A DNA stretch of 55,603 nt, taken from IMG/VR virus record IMGVR_UViG_3300041991_000048, positions 1-55,603 of that record. One strand, written 5' to 3'. Below are positions 36,714-46,093 of this stretch, piece after piece; position 1 is the stretch's first letter, and each line of letters starts with the position of its first letter. The notes below the pieces were generated by a model. It had not been told where the DNA came from. It worked only from the letters and a program-made list of their open reading frames with translations, and searched no databases. This DNA is from a virus. Its lineage: Duplodnaviria > Caudoviricetes. The position numbers and the translations under genes are program-made.

Positions 36714-36993
36714 TGTCAACCTCAATCTCATTCACAATGTCAAAGGGAGTGAGCAGTCCACACACCAGGTCCTCTTCTCGATATGAGTTGCTGCTGCCAT
36801 TGTCCCACTGAACGATGTATGGACGAGCAGCAGCACGAGGATCATGAGGCCGAGTTTCATCTGCAACCAGCACGGTGCCACGCCCATACTTGCCACCTTG
36901 GCTTTCAGGAATGAATGCTCCTTGTGCTGCGCCATAATATGCAGCACCAGCAGGCGACAGACTGACTCGCGATCCTACTTTGAAGTTGAGCAT
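36700..36993 (-). CDS. Hypothetical protein (SH3/KOW-like)
   Basis: FKVG.RV, G.V, V.WDNG..N.Y...DL pattern. Confidence 0.6.
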   Translation of the reverse strand: MLNFKVGSRVSLSPAGAAYYGAAQGAFIPESQGGKYGRGTVLVADETRPHDPRAAARPYIVQWDNGSSNSYREEDLVCGLLTPFDIVNEIEVDNDNL

Positions 36994-37003
36994 CTTGGTC
37001 CTT

Positions 37004-37168
37004 TCATTTGCAAGCAGGCAGTTCTTTCGTCAACCACTGGAACACAGAATAGCCAACAGCAAGGTATACGATGACGATGCAGACCTCTCCGGCTCGGATC
37101 AGCAGATCAAACAGCTTGATGAAAACATCCAACGCAGCCATTACGCGACGAATTGCTTCTCCATTCAT
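37004..37168 (-). CDS. 54-aa membrane protein (not in ORF track)
   Basis: GAGGAGG RBS; MNGEAIRRVMAALDVF...; one hydrophobic helix. Confidence 0.5.
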   Translation of the reverse strand: MNGEAIRRVMAALDVFIKLFDLLIRAGEVCIVIVYLAVGYSVFQWLTKELPACK

Positions 37169-37515
37169 TTGTCCTCCTCTGTTGGAGTGGTGTTCGTCAT
37201 ACGAGCAGACTTCATGTCCTGTGCCATCTTGAGCAAATTGCGAACATCAGCAGGAGCAAAGCTCTTGTCTGTCCAGAGGTATTCCAGCTTCTCTGTGATG
37301 GTATTGCAGAGCACGAACAGGTCGCTCTCTGCATTGATGCGCCGCATTCTCTCAGCAGAGCGCTCTCGGCTGAGATCAACTAGCCTCTGATCAAGCGTCG
37401 CAAGCTCACGCCGGATTTGAGTGGTCTCCCAGAAGGACGTCTCATTGAGGTATTTTGTGTTGCATGCTGCACAGTCTCGATGGATGCTGATGCCATGTTC
37501 ACAATTCATTTCCAT
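37165..37515 (-). CDS. Hypothetical protein (N-terminal C.HG...C..C, coiled coil)
   Basis: ORF track; RBS and tight packing. Confidence 0.6.
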   Translation of the reverse strand: MEMNCEHGISIHRDCAACNTKYLNETSFWETTQIRRELATLDQRLVDLSRERSAERMRRINAESDLFVLCNTITEKLEYLWTDKSFAPADVRNLLKMAQDMKSARMTNTTPTEEDK

Positions 37516-37539
37516 TGGTTGGTCCTTTTTTTTGAAGAC

Positions 37540-37746
37540 TCAGTGGATGAGCTGAGCGATTTGTGCGAAGGGAATCATTTGGTCTTTTGTGTATCCGCGC
37601 ACATTGTCATTGAGAGGACCACCACAACCATAGATGATCATCGCAATGTCCCTCTCGTTATCTTTGAAGCGAGCCACTTCTTTTTCCAGATTGGCAATCT
37701 TGAGCGCCTGCTGAGCGATTAGTTGTGCTTCGGTGATTTCAGACAT
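37540..37746 (-). CDS. Hypothetical protein
   Basis: GGAGAGG RBS; ORF track. Confidence 0.6.
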   Translation of the reverse strand: MSEITEAQLIAQQALKIANLEKEVARFKDNERDIAMIIYGCGGPLNDNVRGYTKDQMIPFAQIAQLIH

Positions 37747-37756
37747 CGCCTCTCCT

Positions 37757-38401
37757 TCACTCTGTTTCGATCCATGGATCGCAGTCGTCTATGTCTGCTG
37801 CCAGAGACCTCACCCTGAAATACGCATCAGAACCGATCGCAGCGCCATTGTCCCATATGATGTTCTTGATGGTCTTCAGGCGAAGCTCCAGTCGTTTGAT
37901 CATTTCATTTGCGTGGCGAAGTTCTGCTTCGCATTCAACATCAGAGCAGAAGGACTCTCCTGTCGCACGAAGAACCTCTGGAATGATTGGCTTGGCCATG
38001 TGGGCTGGGATCGGCTCGGTCTCAGGAGTGTAGCTTGGCGGGAATTTTATTCCAAGTTGAGACTCTCGATCCTCTTTTGTCGCCTCTGGCTGTCGTAGAT
38101 CCTGCTCATGATCCAAAGACTCAAGCATGGCTGAATACACCATGCTGTCGTGAGAGCTGTCGATGTGACCTTCGTGGAAGCAGTTGGCATAGCGCGCCAT
38201 CTTGGCAACCACCATGTGGAAGCACGCATAGCGATTCCACTCGTCCGCATTGCTGAGAGTCAACCCACCAGGGAAGAAGCTCATCATGATGTGGCCGAAT
38301 CGCTTGTATGCTTCACCATAGGGAGCACTGCGTTGCTTGAAGGTGTCCTTGCCTCCTTCAAGGATGCTGATCGGATCGATGCCTCGCGTCTGATTGTCCA
38401 T
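37757..38401 (-). CDS. All-alpha NTP-pyrophosphatase-like / nucleotide-modification-associated protein (DUF6378-like N-terminus)
   Basis: R...YG, K..RY, H.DS..D..VY.AML pattern; lies in the nucleotide-metabolism cluster. Confidence 0.6.
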   Translation of the reverse strand: MDNQTRGIDPISILEGGKDTFKQRSAPYGEAYKRFGHIMMSFFPGGLTLSNADEWNRYACFHMVVAKMARYANCFHEGHIDSSHDSMVYSAMLESLDHEQDLRQPEATKEDRESQLGIKFPPSYTPETEPIPAHMAKPIIPEVLRATGESFCSDVECEAELRHANEMIKRLELRLKTIKNIIWDNGAAIGSDAYFRVRSLAADIDDCDPWIETE

Positions 38402-38865
38402 CAATAATCTCCTCGCTGAACTTGAAAACATGTGAGCCCTAGTTTACGCCACATCTCAACCACTCGATCGCGATCATCAAACGCGCCGATGACTTCAAAT
38501 CCGCGTGCCTTGATCTGTTGGAGATAGATCTCTTCCTTGATGATGTGGTCGCTGCGATAGTCTCCGTCAGGTCGCATGAACAGCGCACTGTAGCGAACAT
38601 TGTGCTTGTGAAGCCATTTGGTGGTTGCATCAGACATGGCCTGGAAGCGACCTGTCACCAGGATGACGGGAATGCCTGCTGCGTAGTAAAGATCAACAGC
38701 CTTAGCCACATCAGTCTTCAAAGCGTCGCGATGAGCAGTGCGATTGAATGAGCCCCAGTCCTTCTTGCCGTTCGCATTGTTGACGAAATGGGCACGATGG
38801 GTAATGTCAGCAAGCGTGCCATCAATGTCAACGATGATCGCTTTCATAGAGGATTTGGTTTCCAT
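38401..38865 (-). CDS. HAD-family phosphatase (PNK 3'-phosphatase-like)
   Basis: DIDGTLA, VTGR, MR..GD.R.D..IK, FDDR..VV.MWR motifs; no kinase domain. Confidence 0.85.
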   Translation of the reverse strand: METKSSMKAIIVDIDGTLADITHRAHFVNNANGKKDWGSFNRTAHRDALKTDVAKAVDLYYAAGIPVILVTGRFQAMSDATTKWLHKHNVRYSALFMRPDGDYRSDHIIKEEIYLQQIKARGFEVIGAFDDRDRVVEMWRKLGLTCFQVQRGDY

Positions 38866-39248
38866 TACTGGTCCTTGTTGGAAAATGTCTTGATGCAGAT
38901 TGAGATCATTGGGTCTGGTGAAGGAGTGGGACACGTGAGCTCAGGCTCAGCCTCCTCCTCTTTGCTTGCGCGCTCAACATACAGGGCATAGGCAGCCATA
39001 ACTTCTGGATACTGCTTGGGATTGCCATCCACCCACACCAGATCATAGCCATGGGGATAGTGAGCAGCATACAGGTCATGCTTCCAATCAGAAGTTATAC
39101 CAATGTCATGCTTTGCCCAATACACATCGCTGCTCGTGTGACCTGCAAGGAAGTGTCCGTCCTCACTCAGCGCTGCGGTGTTGATGGCGTGAGGGAAATT
39201 GGATGAGTTGATGAAGCAGAAGATTCTTGGTTTTCTTTCATCGCTCAC
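38865..39248 (-). CDS. Hypothetical protein
   Basis: A.SEDG..LA.H.SS...WA.HD.G conserved-looking motif; GTG start overlapping the thyX stop. Confidence 0.6.
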   Translation of the reverse strand: MSDERKPRIFCFINSSNFPHAINTAALSEDGHFLAGHTSSDVYWAKHDIGITSDWKHDLYAAHYPHGYDLVWVDGNPKQYPEVMAAYALYVERASKEEEAEPELTCPTPSPDPMISICIKTFSNKDQ

Positions 39249-40033
39249 TTCTTCAACTCCCCATCCAAGCCAACCCACATGGTCTGGATGTGCTCTTTGG
39301 TAAGAGGAGACTGAAGTGTGGAGCCATCATAACGAGCACCAGTGGCAGGATCGAATGTAGCATCCTTGATCTTGCAGTTGGTGACGCTTGGGAAGCAGCA
39401 AACTCCTGTCTGTGCGCAATGGACACGAAGAAGAGGCTCTGCCCAAGAATGAACCTCAGTCACGCGATTGCGAATCTCTCGCATGACTTTTTGAAATTCA
39501 CCCTGTGCTTTCACACACAGTCGTTCTGAACACATTTGACTAAGCGTGCGAAGATTGGCTTTGAAGACGATGTTGGTGCAGATGTTGGTTGGAAGAATGC
39601 CACGCGCATCTTCAGGCGCAGCACCGTCCCGAATGAGATCTTCATACCCACATGAAATTCCTCGCATGTGGTAAGAGAACTGCTCATCAAGAGTTTGGTT
39701 CTCAGGAGTGAGAAATGCATCAGGCGTGACATATTTGAAATTGCTCATGTCCACGGTGCGCTGGCTCTGCTGCGCAAAGGATGTTCCGACGCGATGACGC
39801 ACCAGCTGGTGAGTGAAGGCTCGTGTCACATCTTCAATGGTGAAAACATAATCAACGAACTCGAAACTGGACTTGATTGTGTTCATCATGTAGGCCAGTT
39901 GTTCATCCTTCTTCTCCTGAGGCCAGGCCATCACCTCAGTCAGACCATCAGGGCTAAGACTCAGCCTCGTGTGCTTGGTGAACAGGAGCAGATCTAGCGC
40001 ATTAGGGGTGTAGCTGACAAGACTGACTTTCAT
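39245..40033 (-). CDS. thyX: Flavin-dependent thymidylate synthase (ThyX) homologue
   Basis: FE, R..THQLVRHR..SF.QQSQR, EDAR.ILP, N.R, Q.E motifs. Confidence 0.9.
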   Translation of the reverse strand: MKVSLVSYTPNALDLLLFTKHTRLSLSPDGLTEVMAWPQEKKDEQLAYMMNTIKSSFEFVDYVFTIEDVTRAFTHQLVRHRVGTSFAQQSQRTVDMSNFKYVTPDAFLTPENQTLDEQFSYHMRGISCGYEDLIRDGAAPEDARGILPTNICTNIVFKANLRTLSQMCSERLCVKAQGEFQKVMREIRNRVTEVHSWAEPLLRVHCAQTGVCCFPSVTNCKIKDATFDPATGARYDGSTLQSPLTKEHIQTMWVGLDGELKK

Positions 40034-40293
40034 AGGTCCTCCACGAGCTTCAGATTGAAGCGTTCGACACCTGCTGCTTCAGCAGAGTTATATTGAAATG
40101 CCCAGCGTGGTCCAAAGATCTCAAACATCTGCTCACGAGCAGAGGCATACGTTCCGTGGAACACGACATACCCATTAGGATACAAATGTCCTGTGCCAAA
40201 GGTGAAGAACCAATCCTTTGGTTGTTCAGCAGCAACCTCAGCCCGAGTCGCCTCCGGCTGAGAATTGCTGTTGGTGGTTGAATCTGTGTTCAT
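40030..40293 (-). CDS. Hypothetical protein
   Basis: AAGGAG RBS; W.FTFG.GH, AR..MF..FG..WAFQY motif. Confidence 0.65.
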   Translation of the reverse strand: MNTDSTTNSNSQPEATRAEVAAEQPKDWFFTFGTGHLYPNGYVVFHGTYASAREQMFEIFGPRWAFQYNSAEAAGVERFNLKLVEDL

Positions 40294-40324
40294 GGTAGCT
40301 CCTTTGTGAACTGCTTGGCTGCTG

Positions 40325-42013
40325 CTATTTGTTGCGTGAGTAGAGGATGCCATCACACCAGACATGATTGCCATTAGGCCAGCGCATGGCACTCTCCACA
40401 TCAGGGAAAAAGCCGGAGCCATTGAGGTTGGCGCTGGTGTTGCAGAGGCAAGGCACTCCTGTGAGACGATAATATTCTAGCAGAAGCATATAGACATGCC
40501 AGTTCTGCTCACGATTGATCGTCTGGAGTCGCGCAGTGCCATCAATGTGAAGCACTGCAGGAATCATGGTGACCATGTCAGGACGAATGAAATGATCGAA
40601 CAGCATGTAGGGATCAGGCGTCCCAGGATCAAAGAAGGTCGGCGCGAACTCTTCGAGGCAGATAGGTGCCACAGGACGGAAAGGCTCACGCTTCTTCATC
40701 TTGTTGAGCATTTCCTTGTTGTCAGTGATCGTCGCACCGCACAGGATGCTGCGATTGCCAAGCGCACGAGGGCCAACCTCTGCCCTGCCATTCAAGAACA
40801 CGACAGGAGTGCTGGGATTGTCTGCCAGGAATTTGGCAAGATCAAGAAGGATCATTTCTCGCGCAGTCCAGTTTGGATGCTGAGTTAGCAGAGCTTCGGG
40901 ATCCTCTTTGATGATGGGCATGCCGCAGTAAACGCTCCAGTCCAGCTTGGTGAGATTGTCGATCTGCATCGCAGCACAGCACGCGACACCGATGGCACTC
41001 CCAGAGTCATTGGGGAAAGGAGGAACATAGACCGCAGCGAAGTGTCCTGTGTTGCGCAGGGCACTGTTCCACTTAATGTTGAGAGCGCTGCCGCCACTGA
41101 AGCAGAGGTTGGCACCCTTGGGGATGATGGCGATGGCATTGTCAACCAGCATGATCTCAAGCCACTCATGGATGCAACGAAGAACATCAGCATCACTGAG
41201 GCTGGTATACATCGCATCCACCAGCACTTTGACTTCACGCATGAATGCATGCTCCATGATGCCATCCTGGTTGTAGTCAAGAGGATCACGTTCACGAGGG
41301 AAGTTGGCAGGATTGCTGATGCGATGATAGATGCCGAACATGGCATTGATTAGGCTGGAGTTGGGGGTGCCAGCGCCAATGTAGGACATCAGCTTGCCAG
41401 GAACATCATAGCCACCAAAGAGCTTCTTCTCTGCGGTGACTTCCACATCCCAGACTTCAGGCTTCTTGTAGGGTCCATAGTAGTAGCCCATGATGCCATA
41501 GATGACACCATACAGCTCAAACAGGCTGTCCTTGTATGCTGGCTCGTGACTGGCATTGCGCGGATCAAAGTGATGAACACGCGGATTCTGCCCACCGTCC
41601 CACGTGATGATGTAAGCACTCTCACCACGCTCTGCGAAAGGAGACGTCATATAGGTTCCAATGATGTGGCCTGCGATATGAGGATAGCTGACATAGGGTC
41701 CGATGAGTGTATTTTCAAATTTCTTGCCATCCATGAGGACCATGTCGTTGGTGTCGAATTCGTGATAGGAGGCGACATGCATTTCCCCAGCAGGACTGGA
41801 TGCCAAGCAGTGCTTCCATCCATCCACTGCGACAACATCAGGTGTGAAATTGAACTTCTTGCAGATCTCACCGATCGACTCAATGTCAATCAGCTTCGTG
41901 TAGCGAGGATTGTTGTTGAGCTTTTCAATCTCAACACAGAACACCAGCTTGCCATTGCTGATTCCAGCCACAGCAGCATCGTGGGTGATCTTGAGTCCGA
42001 GGATGTTGGTCAT
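40325..42013 (-). CDS. O-carbamoyltransferase (NodU/CmcH/TobZ family)
   Basis: G.K.THD.AVA, H...H, GKLM, GG.ALN, P..ND.G..IG, G.AE.GPRALGNRSIL, K.RE.FRP.AP, H.DGTAR.QT, NTS.N motifs. Confidence 0.92.
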   Translation of the reverse strand: MTNILGLKITHDAAVAGISNGKLVFCVEIEKLNNNPRYTKLIDIESIGEICKKFNFTPDVVAVDGWKHCLASSPAGEMHVASYHEFDTNDMVLMDGKKFENTLIGPYVSYPHIAGHIIGTYMTSPFAERGESAYIITWDGGQNPRVHHFDPRNASHEPAYKDSLFELYGVIYGIMGYYYGPYKKPEVWDVEVTAEKKLFGGYDVPGKLMSYIGAGTPNSSLINAMFGIYHRISNPANFPRERDPLDYNQDGIMEHAFMREVKVLVDAMYTSLSDADVLRCIHEWLEIMLVDNAIAIIPKGANLCFSGGSALNIKWNSALRNTGHFAAVYVPPFPNDSGSAIGVACCAAMQIDNLTKLDWSVYCGMPIIKEDPEALLTQHPNWTAREMILLDLAKFLADNPSTPVVFLNGRAEVGPRALGNRSILCGATITDNKEMLNKMKKREPFRPVAPICLEEFAPTFFDPGTPDPYMLFDHFIRPDMVTMIPAVLHIDGTARLQTINREQNWHVYMLLLEYYRLTGVPCLCNTSANLNGSGFFPDVESAMRWPNGNHVWCDGILYSRNK

Positions 42014-42015
42014 TT

Positions 42016-42531
42016 CTACTCCTTGATGAGTTGAGTGAGAACGCAAAGGTTGCGCTCTGCAACCCCAACGATCAGATTGAAGCCAATGGTGAACTGCCAC
42101 CCTTGATGATTCTTGCTGTAGTAGGAATTCTTGAAGAGGGTCTTCCACGTCTCCTCGCAGAACTGATGCTTGTGGTCGAGATCCTCGATGGCAAGCTGAG
42201 AGCTGTAGTGTGGAACAGTGATGTTCACCACGCCACCAGGACACAACACTCTCTGAAACTCCTTGAGCACTTCAATTGGATTCGCACAATGTTCAAGGAA
42301 ATGATGGCAGTGAATTTCTGCCACAGAGCCTGCAGTGAAGGGCATGTCCTCAGTGTCAGCATCCCACACCACGACATTCGGATCTTCATTGCTGTGGTGG
42401 TCCACAGGGATGGTTCCGATGATTCGAGAGGCGCCACAGCCAACATTCAGGCGCAGACCGCTCTCAGGCGGAATGGCAATCTGGGCGAGGCTTCGCTTCA
42501 GGCCAAAAAAGACCAGTTGATGAAAGTCCAC
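42016..42531 (-). CDS. Class I SAM-dependent methyltransferase
   Basis: LNVGCG motif I, H.LEH, E..RVL.PGG, VPH, D..H. Confidence 0.8.
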   Translation of the reverse strand: MDFHQLVFFGLKRSLAQIAIPPESGLRLNVGCGASRIIGTIPVDHHSNEDPNVVVWDADTEDMPFTAGSVAEIHCHHFLEHCANPIEVLKEFQRVLCPGGVVNITVPHYSSQLAIEDLDHKHQFCEETWKTLFKNSYYSKNHQGWQFTIGFNLIVGVAERNLCVLTQLIKE

Positions 42532-42539
42532 TGGACCTC

Positions 42540-43469
42540 CTATCTGATGACGGATTTTTGAGCAGAGTAGAGATCTCGCTGCGCAATGAAGCTCTCAATG
42601 AACGCAATGTCATCGACGAGGTCATCCAGCAGGATCTGCCTCCAAGTAGCAAATCGGCCAAGTGAATAAATGTGACGCTGTTCAGATGTGGTGAAGATGA
42701 AATTCTTTCGGATGGACTCATCGATCGGAGTGATCTTGCCATAGCGCTGAACAGAGATCGTTTCATCAGTGACCATCGACGCTCTGATGCCAAACATCTC
42801 AAGGCAGAAGTCAAGTCCCCAGCAGCACAGGTCTGAAGGATTGCGAAGGAACTCCATGATGATCCTGTTGCCTGTGATGCTTGCGCGATACAGAGGTGAC
42901 TCAGGATCAGAGAAGTAGAGTGTTTGATAAACATCAACTGTCGGATCCAAAATCTCTGCAGATAAGACCCACACAGGCTTAGATTCAAAAAGAGGCATTG
43001 TCTGTTTGTTCCAGTCCAGCTGCTCCATCAGCACTGGCATCGGAATGGTGCTTATGCTGGGACCGTATTCCGGCTTGTATGCTTCAAAATTGACAGGCGT
43101 GTCAAACCGGATATCTACGCACGCTGCCATCTGCTCGACGAAATCATTGGGCGCAATGAATCGCTCAGCAGAGTCAAGACTGAGGATGCTTCGAGAAATG
43201 ATTCGGCCAACAACCTTCTGAGCATACTGGTTGCTCAGCTTGATGTTGGCCTTGTGATGAACATTTCCATCCTCATCAATGACTGCCTTGTGGACAATCA
43301 CTTTGCGAAAGGGAATGCCGGTCGCCCTGCTAACTGCTTCAGTCCTGAAACGAAGCAATGCGGAGTGGTTGAGTGGGAGTGAGCTCTTCTGCTCGTAAAC
43401 AACAGGCTTGTGTCGCCTGAGCACGTTAGCTGCTAGCAGCCCTGCCATACCTGCGCCAATGATCCGCAT
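42540..43469 (-). CDS. FAD/NAD(P)-binding oxidoreductase (UDP-galactopyranose mutase-like fold)
   Basis: IIGAGMAGL Rossmann motif, IST.P, YR, LGRFA.W. Confidence 0.75.
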   Translation of the reverse strand: MRIIGAGMAGLLAANVLRRHKPVVYEQKSSLPLNHSALLRFRTEAVSRATGIPFRKVIVHKAVIDEDGNVHHKANIKLSNQYAQKVVGRIISRSILSLDSAERFIAPNDFVEQMAACVDIRFDTPVNFEAYKPEYGPSISTIPMPVLMEQLDWNKQTMPLFESKPVWVLSAEILDPTVDVYQTLYFSDPESPLYRASITGNRIIMEFLRNPSDLCCWGLDFCLEMFGIRASMVTDETISVQRYGKITPIDESIRKNFIFTTSEQRHIYSLGRFATWRQILLDDLVDDIAFIESFIAQRDLYSAQKSVIR

Positions 43470-43496
43470 CGCTTCGCTCCTTTGTTCTTCGTGATG

Positions 43497-44009
43497 CTAC
43501 TTGACTTCGACGTATTTGTGAGCCACATCAAAGGCCAGGTCGCCGCTGCGACCACCCTTCTCGATGTAGGACTCATACTTCATCCCATTGGTGATGAGGC
43601 TGAAGGAGGTGAACCCAGCAGTGCCTTCACGACGCGGATTCTTGGACACGAGTTTGTAGATCTTCTTGCCAGCGAATGCGCTGACACGGCCACGCTTGCC
43701 TTCACCAGCAGCCTTGGGCGCCTTCTCCTTGGCGACCTTGGCAGGCTTCACTGCCTTGACCTTGACAGGCTTCACTGCCTTAGCAGCCTTGGGCGCCTTC
43801 TCCTTGGCGACCTTGGTGGCCTTGGCCTTGACAGGCTTTTCCTTGGCGGTCTTGGCGACCTTGACAGGCTTGGTGACCTTGTCACCTTTGGGGTGGGCTA
43901 CAACGGTAGCAGTGCTCATGGGAAGCTCCTTGGTAGGCGCAGCGGCCTGGGTGGTGGAAGAGGACTCGTCGGCATCAGTGCCAGGAGTCGTTTCGGGCTC
44001 AGTGTTCAT
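43497..44009 (-). CDS. Histone H1-like K/A/P/V-rich protein with C-terminal NPRREG domain (paralogue 3)
   Basis: KPVK/KVAKEKAPKAA repeats, then GKKIYKLVSKNPRREGT...GGRSGDL. Confidence 0.8.
   Translation of the reverse strand: MNTEPETTPGTDADESSSTTQAAAPTKELPMSTATVVAHPKGDKVTKPVKVAKTAKEKPVKAKATKVAKEKAPKAAKAVKPVKVKAVKPAKVAKEKAPKAAGEGKRGRVSAFAGKKIYKLVSKNPRREGTAGFTSFSLITNGMKYESYIEKGGRSGDLAFDVAHKYVEVK
43707..43816. repeat. 35-bp direct repeat within the histone-like gene
   Basis: AGCAGCCTTGGGCGCCTTCTCCTTGGCGACCTTGG at 43707 and 43782. Confidence 0.85.
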
Positions 44010-44057
44010 GGTTCCTCCTTTGAGGGGATGTGGGCTTGCTGCCCGAGGTGAGAGAAT

Positions 44058-44092
44058 TTATTATCGCTGGTTTTGTTCACGTGAGTGCGAAC
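44058..44092 (-). promoter_or_regulatory. Candidate promoter (-10 GATAAT) for the modification/replication operon
   Basis: Intergenic GCGATAATAA identical to that at 33061-33070. Confidence 0.45.
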
Positions 44093-44125
44093 TGATTTTG
44101 ATGTCTGCGTATTAGCACACGTGGT

Positions 44126-45580
44126 TCAAATCCTGTAGTATTTATTGGACTGTGGTCGCACAATTGTCAGACTTTCTCGTGCTCTCGTAAGTGCCACATA
44201 AAGAACTCGCAGCTCGCTATCTGAATTCATCTGATTCCATGGATTCAAAGTGATATCAGGAATGAGAATTACGTGATCTGCTTCCCCTCCCTTGGCTCTA
44301 TGAATTGTGCTAATAGTAATTCGAGGTTCAGCGAACAGATTCTCTCCATTGGCAAGGCACGATCTGATGTATTCCCTTTTGCGCGGCGAGATATCAAGGG
44401 CATCCATCCAATTGAGTTTCCTCAATTCCTCCGGAACAGGAGACTTCTCAATTGGCACGCTAACCTTGCCTGGCTGCCAATCCTCAAGACATGGCAAATA
44501 ATTACGCAGCGTCCTCAAGTGCTTGACATCAATCTGCTTGCCTTGGCGCCACTGCTCCCACGCAAGAATTGCGTGCGCCATATTGCCAGAGGTTGAGTGG
44601 ACTCCTTCCTTGTAGTATGGGTAGCCTTCTGACTGGACGAACTTCTCAAATCGTGCCAGAGTGTAGTGGTTGCGCGCAAGCATCAACCACGTTCCCTTGC
44701 GAATGTCAACCACAGTCTCAAACATCACGCGATCAACGCGACCCTCAGCAGCTCTCGGCTCCCACTGCTTCGGCTGACGCACTTTGATTGAGCCGGACAC
44801 TTCCTGAGCGAGTTCCTGGATGGCGCGTGGGATGCGATAGCTCTTGGGGAGCACTTCTGTTTCGCCTGGGTGGTTGATGAAGAGCTCAGGCGCAGCACCT
44901 GCCCAGTCATAGATGCACTGATCGTCGTCGCCTGCCAGCACGACTCGCTCAGCATTGGCGCTGGCACGCTCAACCACTCTCCACTGAAGAGGCGACAAGT
45001 CCTGGGCCTCATCCAGAATGAACAGGTCAATATCCAACGCAGTGTCAAACTGTTCAAGCATGTCAGTGTAGTCAAGCAGGCCTTTGGTTGTCTTGTATCG
45101 ACTCAGGCCTGAATCCCACTGCTTGACAGACGCCATGTCAACATCACGATAGTTGGATTCGATCCATTGCTCTTCAAGTGAAATGCCACGCAAGCGAGAC
45201 AGACTCTCAATGCGGCCAACCTTGTCACCAAGCGTGGTGCCTGATGGAACCATTGACACCGAGTCTGTCTCGCTGAACTTGAACCCAAGCTCATAGCCAA
45301 GCTCTTTGTAGTTGGCATCCTGCATAACGTCATCACGCGACACACCAAGGATCTTGAAGGCCATGGAGTGAAGCGTTCTGAACCACACCAGCTGATCCTT
45401 GGTGAGACCAAAGCGCAGGGTGGCACGCGTGGCAGCTTCATCCGCAGCCTTCTTGGTGAAGGCCATGTATGCGATTCTCTCTGGCTGGATGCCTGATCGG
45501 ATCGCCTCGTCAACCATGTTGAGCAGATAGGTAGTTTTTCCAGTGCCAGGAGGACCATAGCACTTGATTATTTTTTGCAT
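44126..45580 (-). CDS. UvrD/Rep-like SF1 helicase
   Basis: GPPGTGKT, DEAQD, GDDDQ.IY, SYR, STIH.AKG.EAD, YVALTRAR motifs. Confidence 0.92.
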   Translation of the reverse strand: MQKIIKCYGPPGTGKTTYLLNMVDEAIRSGIQPERIAYMAFTKKAADEAATRATLRFGLTKDQLVWFRTLHSMAFKILGVSRDDVMQDANYKELGYELGFKFSETDSVSMVPSGTTLGDKVGRIESLSRLRGISLEEQWIESNYRDVDMASVKQWDSGLSRYKTTKGLLDYTDMLEQFDTALDIDLFILDEAQDLSPLQWRVVERASANAERVVLAGDDDQCIYDWAGAAPELFINHPGETEVLPKSYRIPRAIQELAQEVSGSIKVRQPKQWEPRAAEGRVDRVMFETVVDIRKGTWLMLARNHYTLARFEKFVQSEGYPYYKEGVHSTSGNMAHAILAWEQWRQGKQIDVKHLRTLRNYLPCLEDWQPGKVSVPIEKSPVPEELRKLNWMDALDISPRKREYIRSCLANGENLFAEPRITISTIHRAKGGEADHVILIPDITLNPWNQMNSDSELRVLYVALTRARESLTIVRPQSNKYYRI

Positions 45581-46092
45581 GATTCACCTTTCCTTTTCTC
45601 TGCCCAAATTCGCTTGCTGGCTTCTCCAATTTTTCTTTTCGATTCTTCGCTGTGCTTTTTGCCAAGATAGCGCTTGCTGTTTATTCCATAGTTGTTGCCA
45701 ATATTCATTCGCTGAAGAATTTCTTTGTTGGCAGCAGTCATCGGCCTGCCCTTATTCGCGATCGCAGCAGCAGCAGTTGCCTTTGCCAAGTTGGACTGGA
45801 TCCTTCCCTTTGACATTGCGTCAAGCATATTGTCTGATTGTGTTCCTGGAAAGTGATGAGCATCCAAAATGCAATGGCGATTGTCACAGGTATGGCAGAC
45901 AAAAATATTCTTTGGCAGGACTCCGTGTCGCAGCTGATAGCAGACTCTTGCTTTTGAATGGTTGGATGGATGAACTAAACATCCACCAACCCACTCTGCC
46001 TCTCGCTCATAATCTTCCGCAGTCTTTCTTGGCCATCCACTTTTGCCAAGACCTGCTCCAGATCTTTTTCCGCCACGTGGTCCTGCCTTCAT
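45568..46092 (-). CDS. HNH homing endonuclease with NUMOD3 motif
   Basis: VCHTCDN..C....H...GT..DN..D; GKKHSEESKRKI. Confidence 0.85.
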   Translation of the reverse strand: MKAGPRGGKRSGAGLGKSGWPRKTAEDYEREAEWVGGCLVHPSNHSKARVCYQLRHGVLPKNIFVCHTCDNRHCILDAHHFPGTQSDNMLDAMSKGRIQSNLAKATAAAAIANKGRPMTAANKEILQRMNIGNNYGINSKRYLGKKHSEESKRKIGEASKRIWAEKRKGESCKK

Positions 46093-46093
46093 T

